This document shows positions 1 through 7,418 of a DNA stretch of 9,720 bases, one piece after another. The number at the start of each line of letters is the position of its first letter. The first letter of the stretch is position 1. Below the pieces are notes generated by a model. The model searched no databases, was not told where the DNA came from, and worked only from the letters and a program-made list of their open reading frames with translations. Position numbers and translations under genes: made by a program. The stretch covers positions 1-9,720 of the forward strand of contig NW_021827838.1 in the NCBI RefSeq assembly GCF_006345805.1, read 5' to 3'. This DNA comes from Octopus sinensis (Eukaryota).

Positions 1-317
1 AGCTTTTATGATTGGTGTATAGGTTTAGAATTTCCTTTATTGGGGTCTTTATGAAGTATTGGTAAATTCTGGGTGATGATGGTGAAGGCTTCTTGGTTTC
101 TGGGGTTGTATGTAGATAGTAAGGTGTATTTTCGGGGAAGGGGTGTTGTTGTGTTGAACTTTTCTTAAAGATTCTAGTTGATTTCTGTTGCACGTCCTGA
201 TCCCATCCTCTATGAGTTGAGCTGGGGGTAATGTCTGTCAATTAGGGTGTTTTTGAGTTCTTGCAGTCGAAAGTTCCTAGTATTTTGTTCTGACACTATT
301 GTGCATATCCTTCTTGC
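1..317 (-). mobile_element. Decayed Penelope-like retroelement: RT thumb and RT-endonuclease linker (frameshifted); continues beyond the left window edge
   Basis: Manual translation of the - strand gives ARRICTIVSEQNTRNFRLQELKNTLIDRHYP (317..225). After frameshifts it gives STYNPRNQEAFTIITQNLPILHKDP (116..42) and then KEILN in another frame. These resemble the PLE RT C-terminal 'RRIC...L..L...L..R.YP' motif and the linker 'TYNP...L..DP' motif. Family recognised by motif, no database search. Confidence 0.8.
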
Positions 318-580
318 AAATTAGACTAAACAAGGAAACATTCTTCATTGAAAAGTACAAGCCCAGACTCAACCATCCGAACATACTGATACAGAGAAAT
401 TCACACCAAGGGAAAGGAAAAAAAATTTAAGCGATTATCTCCCTTACACCGGAAGAAATCACTCACTACCTTCCCTTATTTAGAACTCTCCTGAACTTAA
501 ACATAACGATAACTCTATTCAACATAAACATAACGTCACAAGAAATTTGAAAAGCTACACGCGAAACCGGTCTTTCTTTT
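317..580 (+). mobile_element. PLE 3' end: GIY-YIG endonuclease C-terminus plus 3' UTR/pseudo-LTR ending in an HHR motif
   Basis: The + strand from 317 reads QIRLNKETFFIEKYKPRLNH, matching the terminal R...E...I....P.LN motif of GIY-YIG nucleases. It is followed by non-coding sequence ending in ...GCGAAACCGGTC. Confidence 0.7.
540..578 (+). ncRNA. Minimal type I hammerhead ribozyme motif (U3:A8 variant) at the PLE 3' end
   Basis: Stem I is AAGAAA(540-545)/TTTCTT(573-578), with one extra T at 546. Core TTGAAAA at 547-553; stem II GC-TACAC-GC; GAAA at 563-566; palindromic stem III ACCGGT; cleavage triplet GTC at 570-572. Confidence 0.55.
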
Positions 581-710
581 AAATTATGTCATTATAAGAG
601 AAAAAATTTTTTTTTTAATTTTCTAATATTCTTCAGACATATTGACGCAAATATATATATTTTTTAACATTTAAGCCTTCTGTAGTTTTTTCACTCTTTA
701 CTTTTTTCTA

Positions 711-713
711 TAT

Positions 714-755
<42 letters not shown>

Positions 756-780
756 CAGAACAGACAGAGAGAGAGAGAAG
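711..780. repeat. Compound (TA)n-(GA)n microsatellite
   Basis: Directly visible. Confidence 0.95.
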
Positions 781-886
781 AGATTCAGTAGGGTATAGAA
801 TATCACTTGCTAAAATCAGAGCCAAGGCTCCAAAACCACCAGAAACTCTGATTTTAGCAAGCGATATTATATACTCTACTGAATCT
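781..886. repeat. 41-bp inverted repeat with a 24-nt loop
   Basis: 781-821 versus the reverse complement of 846-886 match at 38/41 positions, ungapped. Confidence 0.95.
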
Positions 887-995
887 AAATTTACCTTATA
901 TTCTGACTGTAATGGCGTGAACTTGCTAGCCACCACCTTATTATTGCCTTATTAATATTATTTATAACAGTAAAATACTAATACTTCTTTATATA

Positions 996-1052
996 TATGT
1001 ATTGTATGTGTGTGTGTGTGTGTGTGTGCGTGTGTGTGTTATGTATATATAT

Positions 1053-1091
<39 letters not shown>

Positions 1092-1111
1092 GTATATATT
1101 ATATATGTATA

Positions 1112-1147
<36 letters not shown>

Positions 1148-1182
1148 GTATATATATATGTTTATATATATGCACACACATA
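996..1182. repeat. (TG)n followed by degenerate (TA)n microsatellite
   Basis: Directly visible; accounts for ORFs 978..1364, 989..1210 and 1010..1192. Confidence 0.95.
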
Positions 1183-1477
1183 TAATGAATGAGGAACACA
1201 AGAAAAACACTAGTTTTCACATAGGTGTTATAAGTAAGCCGAAAAGAAAGCCTGAAAAGAAAGGGAAAGGGTCCTGATATTAAGACGCTAGAGTCTTCAG
1301 TAGAAAAAAAACGAAAACAGAGAAAAGATGGCGGGGTGGAGAGCAAGAAACAAAAAAGAAACAATCTCGAATGAGGTATGTTATAATTAAATTGTTTGCT
1401 ACCTTGCGACTACTTGTTCAAGCTTTTGTTTCATATTATATATATGTATATATATGTATTCTTTTTTTCTTTTTTTT

Positions 1478-1871
1478 TTATTTGTTTCAGTCATTTGACT
1501 GCGGCCATGCTGGAGCACTGCCTTTAATCGAGCAACTCGACCCCGGTACTTATTCTTTTGTAAGCCCAGTACTTATTCTATCGGACTCTTTTGCCGAACC
1601 GCTAAGTAAGGAGGACATAAACATACCAGCATCGGTTGTCAAGCAATGCTAGAAGGACAAACACAGACACACAAACACACACACGCATATATATATATAC
1701 ATATATACGACGGGCTTCTTTCAGTTTCCGTCTACCAAATCCACTCACAAGGCTTTGGTTGGCCCGAGGCTATAGTAGAAGACACTTGCCCAAGGTGCCA
1801 CGCACTGGGACTGAACCCGGAACCATGCGGTTGGTAAACAAGCTACTTACCACACAGCTACTCCTGCGCCT
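1478..1871 (-). mobile_element. Near full-length tRNA-derived SINE (family A) with an internal TG/TA microsatellite
   Basis: On the - strand the head is AGGCGCAGGAGTAGCTGTGTGGTAAG (A-box region 1860..1847) with B-box-like GTTCAGTCCC (1816..1807). A CCTTGGGCAAGTG central motif follows, then an internal microsatellite (~1660-1708) and a T-rich (+ strand) tail. Homologous to 2245-2383 and 8695-9251. Confidence 0.9.
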
Positions 1872-2067
1872 ATATATATATATATTGTAAGTCTGGAGGG
1901 TTTATTATCCGGAAGGATACCGTGGTGGCTCTGAGATATGTTCCATGTTACGGCCAACCGCATCGATCGGTATTTAATTAATAAATTTTTCCCTTATGAG
2001 GTTTTTCACACTAACTACATGATAAATTCTTATAAAGATTTTATCCTATTTTTCAATTGTAAATATC

Positions 2068-2081
2068 CATCTATCTATCTA

Positions 2082-2120
<39 letters not shown>

Positions 2121-2132
2121 TATCTATCTATA

Positions 2133-2186
<54 letters not shown>

Positions 2187-2225
2187 ATAATAATATATAT
2201 ATATATATAACTATCTATCTATCTA
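2068..2225. repeat. (TATC)n plus (TA)n microsatellite
   Basis: Directly visible. Confidence 0.95.
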
Positions 2226-2244
2226 ATCTCGTTTATCTTTATCT

Positions 2245-2383
2245 ATTTCACGCATTGACTGCGGCTATGCTAAGGCACCACCTTGAAGGGATTTAGTCGA
2301 GCAAGTCGACCTTTAGGGCTTATTTTTGAAGCCTAGTACCTGTTTTTTCGGTCTCTTTTGCCGAACCGCTGCTTACGGGGACA
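2245..2383 (-). mobile_element. 5'-truncated 3' fragment of SINE family A
   Basis: Aligns by eye to ~1485-1620 (cattgactgcggc.atgct..., gtcgagcaa.tcgacc, tcttttgccgaaccgct). Confidence 0.85.
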
Positions 2384-2490
2384 ATGAATTAATATCGCAT
2401 AACTGCTCATCATGCGGTTTCTAATTCTGATAAGGGATATACTTATATAAGGGTTTATGAAGGTTTTATTGTACATGTGTGTGTTAGTGT

Positions 2491-2735
2491 AGAGGCGCGT
2501 GGCCTAGTGGTTAGTGTGATGTGTTTTCAAATGCTAGATCATGGGATCGGTTTCTGGACCGAACAACGCTTTGTGACCTCGAGCAAAACACTTCATTTCA
2601 CGTTGCTCCAGTCCACTCAGCTGTAAATGGATGTCCCTACGATGGACCATCTTTCCAATCAAGGGGAACACTGGCCCGCGAGGAGGAATCATTCGAAAGC
2701 TAAAACGTTATGACCAGCGATGTATAACAACATCC
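2491..2735 (+). mobile_element. tRNA-derived SINE (family B head and central domain), diverged
   Basis: Head GAGGCGCGTGGCCTAGTGGTTAG with A box TGGCCTAGTGG (2500-2510); the B box is degenerate. Central domain GAGCAAAACACTTCATTTCACGTTGCTCCAGTCCACTCAGCTG is the reverse complement of ~6867-6909. The 3' boundary is approximate. Confidence 0.85.
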
Positions 2736-3184
2736 TTTAATTTGGTCGATCACGTGAAACATATACATATATCTGCTGTATGTGTACACATACACATATA
2801 CACATATTTTTGTTTATAATGTATATAATTATCTTTTAATGAATGTGCATTAGTAAATAAATAATATATATATTTATATAAATATGACATAATTTTATAT
2901 GTATACATACACACATCCTGATATACATCCGTGTATACACGAATCTATATATGAGGATGTGTGTACGTACGCTATATATATACATACATACACACCGTAA
3001 CTATATTTCTCCCAGACGAGACTCTCTATACAATCAACAAGGAAATGGTTGTTACATATACGTAAAAACATTAGGGTTGGTCGGTGAAGCCATATTTATT
3101 TTCGAAACGGTGTTAATGTCGGTTTATATTCTACTCCATATTTTTAATGTTCTTTGTCCTACATTGGAACTTGTGGTTTGTAGC

Positions 3185-3208
3185 GTTGTTGTTGTTGTTG
3201 TTGTTGTT
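3185..3208. repeat. (GTT)n microsatellite
   Basis: Directly visible. Confidence 0.95.
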
Positions 3209-3360
3209 TGGTCTGTGGGGGCGATTGATTGAGTTGGTGAATGAAAATGTATTTCACGGGTCGCTTGAAGAAATAACCGACAACACCCGCGAATAATTAA
3301 CAGTAGATTTTATGATTGCAGACGGAGGTTTAACTGATTTAGTCTTTTACAAATACTTAC

Positions 3361-3375
3361 AGAAATAATTGCATA
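3361..3375 (-). other. Candidate 15-nt microexon
   Basis: The - strand reads ctctgtctctcgtctttttcAG | TATGCAATTATTTCT | GTAAGT. Splice-signal pattern only; no transcript evidence. Confidence 0.25.
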
Positions 3376-3754
3376 CTGAAAAAGACGAGAGACAGAGTCC
3401 TTGGAGTTCAACAACATGCTTACTGATTGAGCTATATTTGTTGAAGCAAAAATTCCTGTCTACTAGCAGCCATTTTCCCAAATCAGCTGGATGTAGTGGG
3501 AATAGAGACAACCTCAACATTCTACAATTACCGTTAAAACTGATTTTCTAGAAGGCACAAGAAAATTCCAGGAGATTGAATCACGTTATCTCTTGACACT
3601 TATTGGTTGCTGAATAAACCAAGCATGTGAAACTACTGTGGCTTGATCGTGATGTGTGACCGACACCCTAGCGGTTCGGTTTCGTATCTGCGCTACAAAC
3701 TATTAGGGATACCTCTGGTACCAAAAAAATTTAGAATTTCAAATCTATATGATC

Positions 3755-3980
3755 ATGTGTGTGTGTTTGTGTGTGTGTGTGTATGTGCGTGTGTACTTCT
3801 TCTGTGAGCGTGTATGTGTATTTCTTTCAATGTATATCCCTGTTCATATCGTTCGTGAATATATATTTGTAAGTGTGCGTGTGCATGTTTACGTCAATAT
3901 ATGTGTATCTCTGTGTGTGTATGAATACATGATTTGTGTGTGTGTTTGTACTGGTGAGTGTCTGTTCTTTGTGTGTGTTT
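3755..3980. repeat. Degenerate (TG)n-rich low-complexity tract
   Basis: Directly visible; accounts for ORF 3749..4057. Confidence 0.9.
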
Positions 3981-4033
3981 ATTTAATTGGGAATATGTCT
4001 GTCTATACGTATCAATATTCATGGAATTTTAAA

Positions 4034-4155
4034 GCGGTGAGCTGGCAGAATCGTTAGCACATCGGGCAAAATGCATAGCGACATTTCAGGTTTTGAGTTC
4101 AAATTCCCTCAAGGTCGACTTTGCCTTTCCTCATTTTAAGGTCGATAAAATAAGT
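4034..4155 (+). mobile_element. tRNA-derived SINE (family C), 3'-truncated
   Basis: A-box-like TGGCAGAATCGTTAG at 4043-4057 and B-box-like GTTCAAATTCC at 4097-4107, then GGTCGACTTTGCCTTT...GTCGATAAAATAAGT. Resembles an abundant octopus SINE (recalled). Confidence 0.8.
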
Positions 4156-4281
4156 GTATTAGTCTGACGCTCAGGAAGAATGGAAAAGTCTTCGTCATTT
4201 CGAGCCCATGCTATTCTACAGAATATGGAGAGAAAACAAAAATGAAACTTGTCTGGATTAACGGTTTCACATGCCTAAATC
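4152..4281 (-). mobile_element. Dispersed repeat, probably a PLE pseudo-LTR-derived non-autonomous fragment (copy 1)
   Basis: Shares GTGTATTAGT.TGACGCTC.G.AAG...GAAAGTCTT...TTT.GAGCC with 4930-4981. The - strand has a GCTCGAAA HHR-like remnant. Orientation and PLE origin are inferred. Confidence 0.55.
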
Positions 4282-4364
4282 AATATATATATATATATAT
4301 AATTTTTTGCGTAATGAGATAAAAAAAACCAAGGCTGTATAGATATTAGAGCAGTTATAGATAG

Positions 4365-4416
4365 GTCTTACAGCTGTTTCTAGGATATCAATTAATAATA
4401 TCTCTTCATCGGAGAC
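4365..4416 (-). ncRNA. Degenerate type I hammerhead ribozyme motif with a palindromic stem III
   Basis: The - strand reads GTCT-CCGATGA-AGAGATATTATTAATTGATATCCTA-GAA-ACAGCTGT-A-AGAC. Stem I is GTCT/AGAC, the core differs from CTGATGA only at U4, stem II is GATAT/ATATC, stem III is the palindrome ACAGCTGT, and the cleavage triplet is GTA. Confidence 0.65.
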
Positions 4417-4706
4417 GGTGTGAGAGGAAAAATTAAGTTATAGTTAGTTTCGATGTGATACAAATAGAGAGTGAGGTGGAGGAAAAGAAAATAGATGTAA
4501 GATATGTATGGGTATTGGATTCGTAAATCCGTTTTATAGGCATAATGGTATATATGTATATTCTTCCAATATCCTTTGAGTAAAATTCAAAAGTCCAACA
4601 GAGTTTAATATGAATCCATCCAGATATAGAGTTTATAAGCAAAGTAAAATTCTCTTAAAGTTGGTCATTCCCAGTAGAGAATTTATATAGATTCCTTACT
4701 GGGAAG

Positions 4707-4721
4707 AGATAGATAGATAGG

Positions 4722-4790
<69 letters not shown>

Positions 4791-4791
4791 G

Positions 4792-4875
<84 letters not shown>
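4707..4875. repeat. (GATA)n-(GA)n compound microsatellite
   Basis: Directly visible; accounts for ORFs 4655..5044 and 4696..4971. Confidence 0.95.
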
Positions 4876-5030
4876 ATTGAATTTTACAGAAAAACAAAAG
4901 ACGAAGACAGGTGTATAAATAACGAGCAGGTGTATTAGTTTGACGCTCGGAAAGGTGAGAAAGTCTTTCATGTTTTGAGCCGACGCTCTTCAACGATGAA
5001 ATAAACAGAGAGGGAACAGAAGAGCTTTTG
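4876..5030 (-). mobile_element. Dispersed repeat, probably a PLE pseudo-LTR-derived non-autonomous fragment (copy 2)
   Basis: Homologous to 4152-4225. The - strand reads TTGAAGAGCGTCGGCTCAAAACATGAAAGAC, an HHR-like pattern with apparent CpG decay of CGAAACGT. It abuts a (GA)n tract. Confidence 0.55.
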
Positions 5031-5067
5031 GAGCTAGCAGTCAATCATGTCGACTTCTTCTGTATTA

Positions 5068-5265
5068 TATATAGTAGGTCCCGGTTGAGTCGGGGTTAAC
5101 CACAGTAAATAAGGTACTCAATACATAGCAGAGTAAATTAATTTATTATATAGAAGGAGCTTCTACAGGACTAGAACTGTTTCATTCAAAAGAAATGAGC
5201 TTCCTGATGATTTCTTTTGAATGAAACAGTTCTAGTCCTGTAGAAGCTCCTTCTATAAAATAAAT
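5068..5265. mobile_element. HHR-bearing PLE pseudo-LTR/retrozyme-like element with an inverted duplicated segment
   Basis: A - strand segment (~5068-5196) is joined head-to-head with a + strand segment (5197-5265). Arms 5141-5196 and 5210-5265 are 55/56 complementary (48 bp perfect: 5149-5196/5210-5257). TA tracts flank it. The left boundary is approximate. Confidence 0.7.
5197..5249 (+). ncRNA. Type I hammerhead ribozyme
   Basis: Stem I GAGCTTC(5197-5203)/GAAGCTC(5243-5249); core CTGATGA at 5204-5210; stem II TTC-TTTT-GAA with U.U at its base; GAAA at 5223-5226; stem III ACAG/CTGT with loop TTCTAGTC; triplet GTA with predicted cleavage after 5242. Confidence 0.8.
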
Positions 5266-5346
5266 ATATATATATATATGTATGTATATATATAAGTATA
5301 TATAAGTATATATATGTATCTTTGTATACATATATATATATATATA
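5262..5346. repeat. Degenerate (TA)n microsatellite
   Basis: Directly visible. Confidence 0.9.
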
Positions 5347-5586
5347 AAAGAAGAAACAGGTTATTGGAAATATTTTCTGGTATTATTTATTCTCCTGTAC
5401 TTTTCTTCTCTCCTATTTTGTTATACAATAACTCCGCCAATAATATTTCCATAATTCTAAATTTTTATACTTATTTTAAGCTGACATGCAGCAGCAACTG
5501 AGACTACATATTGGATTGAAATTATAGAATAAGTAGACTTGCTCAAGAGGAAACAACTGGGATTTACCCTAACTACCTACATAATA

Positions 5587-5587
<1 letters not shown>

Positions 5588-5626
<39 letters not shown>

Positions 5627-5649
5627 ATATATATGATAATATACTATAA

Positions 5650-5689
<40 letters not shown>

Positions 5690-5795
5690 ATATATATATA
5701 TGATTATAATATATATATATAATATATATATGTATATATATATATGTATATATATATGTATATATATGTATTATGTATATATATATATTTTTATA

Positions 5796-5832
<37 letters not shown>

Positions 5833-5849
5833 TATATATATATATATAT
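5588..5849. repeat. Long degenerate (TA)n microsatellite
   Basis: Directly visible; accounts for ORF 5685..5930. Confidence 0.95.
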
Positions 5850-6209
5850 GTGGTAAAGTTGTCTATTTGCAATTTACAACCGAAAGACAGAACTATAGAC
5901 GTCACTAAAATGACTAAGGGTACTAGTTAGTTCCAGTATTGCTAGAAATAAGAGTCAAAACAACTCATAGACACGATAAAGCACTTATCTTATGATTGAC
6001 GAGGAAGACAAACTTCCTTCAACATCTGGGGCACAACCAGATCACCATTGATTTCGTAATTTTATTAATGCTCATCAGTGGCTCTTACCCGGATGCTCAA
6101 GGTTAAGTTGGTTCGCCTTGTCAGTTTATAAGAGTTACCGTAGAAATTTCACGCTATCATGAATGGTGAGGATAGCAACATACAACAAACTTAATGTGGT
6201 AAGGGAGCC

Positions 6210-6369
6210 AACAACAGCTATAGTCACTAATAGTAAATACTATGCTATACTTCAGATAAAGTATTCCTTGATACACTATGCCTGAATAAAAGATGGGATG
6301 GTCACAGCTGGAACATTTTTGATCACTGATCTGCTGGATGAGGTCTAACCTGGGGCTAAACAACAGCAA
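6210..6369 (+). repeat. Retroposon-tail-like repeat, copy 1, ending in GGGGCTAAACAACAGC
   Basis: 6221-6325 aligns ungapped to 7000-7104 at about 80% (84/105 by hand count). It ends in an AAC-type tail and probably extends further left. Its class is inferred. Confidence 0.65.
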
Positions 6370-6383
6370 ATATAGCCACTAAT

Positions 6384-6708
6384 ATAGGAGCACTCCGTCG
6401 GTTACGACGACGAGGGTCCCAGCTGATCCGATCAACGGAACAGCCTGCTCGTGAAAGAAATTAATGTGCAAGTGGCTGAGTATTCCACAGACATCGTATA
6501 CCCTTAACGTAGTTCTCAGGGATATTCAGCGTGACACAAAGTGTGACAAGGCCGACCCTTTGAAACACAGGTACAACTCTTTTTTGCCAACTGAGTGGAC
6601 TGGAGCAACGTGAAATAAATTGCTCAAGGACACAATACGTCGCCGGGAATCGAATTCACGACCTTACAATCGCGAGCCGAATGCCCTAACTAAGCCACGA
6701 GTCTTCAC
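6384..6708 (-). mobile_element. tRNA-derived SINE (family B head/central domain with a long alternative 3' module)
   Basis: On the - strand the head is GAAGACTCGTGGCTTAGTTAGGGC with B-box-like GAATTCGATTCCC (6657..6645) and central TTCACGTTGCTCCAGTCCACTCAG. It is flanked by the identical 12-mer ATAGCCACTAAT at 6372-6383 and 6729-6740. Confidence 0.88.
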
Positions 6709-6740
6709 AATACTTCTAATACTTCACAATAGCCACTAAT

Positions 6741-6999
6741 TAAATAAAATAAATGCGCCCTTTTCAAGCCTAGCCAGGCTCATGGGCCCGGTTTCCCGGT
6801 TTCAATGGCGTATGTGTTCCTCAGCTGGACGGGACGCCAGTCCATCGCAGCGTTACTCATTTTTGCCAGCTGAGTGGACTGGAGCAACGTGAAATGAAGT
6901 GTTTTGCTCAAGAACACAACGCATCGCCCAGTCCAGGAATCGAAACCACAATCTTACGATCATGTTGCTGACACCCTAACAACTAAGCCACGCGCCTCC
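6741..6999 (-). mobile_element. Full-length tRNA-derived SINE (family B)
   Basis: On the - strand the head is GGAGGCGCGTGGCTTAGTTGTTAGGG with B box GTTTCGATTCC (6946..6936), the central domain, a GATGGACTGGCGTCCCGTCCAG module and a (TTTA)-type tail. TSD TAGCCACTAAT (6730-6740) / TAGCTACTAAT (7000-7010). Confidence 0.92.
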
Positions 7000-7107
7000 T
7001 AGCTACTAATACTAAGTACTGTACTATACATAAGACAGTGTAGTCCTAGATACATTATGTCTGAATATAAGAAGGGATGGTCACAGCTGAAACGCCTTTG
7101 ATCATAG
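7000..7107 (+). repeat. Retroposon-tail-like repeat, copy 2 (continuation after the SINE insertions)
   Basis: About 80% identical to 6221-6325, including the shared GGGATGGTCACAGCTG. A third, more diverged piece may lie at ~7131-7195. Confidence 0.7.
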
Positions 7108-7199
7108 CTCACGAAGACAGTATACAAAGCATGGTAATCAAAGATGGAACGGCTTCGATCAAAAGTTTCGCATGTTCAGGGCCGAACCTGGATCGATCA

Positions 7200-7240
7200 C
7201 CGCCACCACCACCACCACCGCCGTCATCACTACCGCCACA
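7200..7240. repeat. Short ACC/ATC triplet tract
   Basis: Directly visible. Confidence 0.85.
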
Positions 7241-7418
7241 TCAGTAATGGATTTACATTCACAAAGGCCTGAAATGACCGATGAGGTGGTCACTAGCGTC
7301 CCTTAATGACCGTTGCCATGTTCGCTTAATTAACTGACTGCAATTTATTGTCCCCGTGTGCCGTTATGGCGAACCTTAATAAACCTAGATCTAATTAAAA
7401 GTTTTATAGCTTGGTACT

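Noticed and set aside
1270-1305. HHR-like CTGAAGA...GTC on the - strand within a purine-skewed repeat-like stretch
   Set aside because: GAAA is replaced by TTAA and there is no convincing stem I. It may be an old PLE remnant but cannot be supported.
1888-1925. CTGGAGGG...TCCGGAAGG as a decayed HHR
   Set aside because: Core too degenerate; compatible with chance.
3081-3112. TCGGTGAAGCC...CGAAACGG resembling an HHR
   Set aside because: Three core mismatches, and no stem I or stem II pairing.
3378-3640. Possible LINE C-terminal remnant (+ frame KRRETESLEFNNMLTD*AIF...)
   Set aside because: Multiple stops and no intact Cys/His motif; the similarity is too vague without tBLASTn/HMM support.
5362-5453. 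~13-bp imperfect inverted repeat (TTATTGGAAATATT / AATATTTCCATAA) as a MITE
   Set aside because: Short, AT-rich and gapped, with no TSD; expected by chance at this composition.
691-6369. Remaining short ORFs in the supplied track (IYIY, LSLS, CVCV types and ORFs inside SINEs)
   Set aside because: They translate microsatellites or SINE bodies; none has a recognisable protein motif.
6641-6999. tRNA genes at the A/B-box-bearing segments
   Set aside because: They do not form cloverleaves and continue directly into SINE bodies, so they are tRNA-derived heads only.
6372-7010. CRISPR-like repeat-spacer array from the three 11-12-bp direct repeats
   Set aside because: The repeats are too short, the spacers are SINEs of 260-345 bp, and the context is eukaryotic; TSDs explain the pattern.
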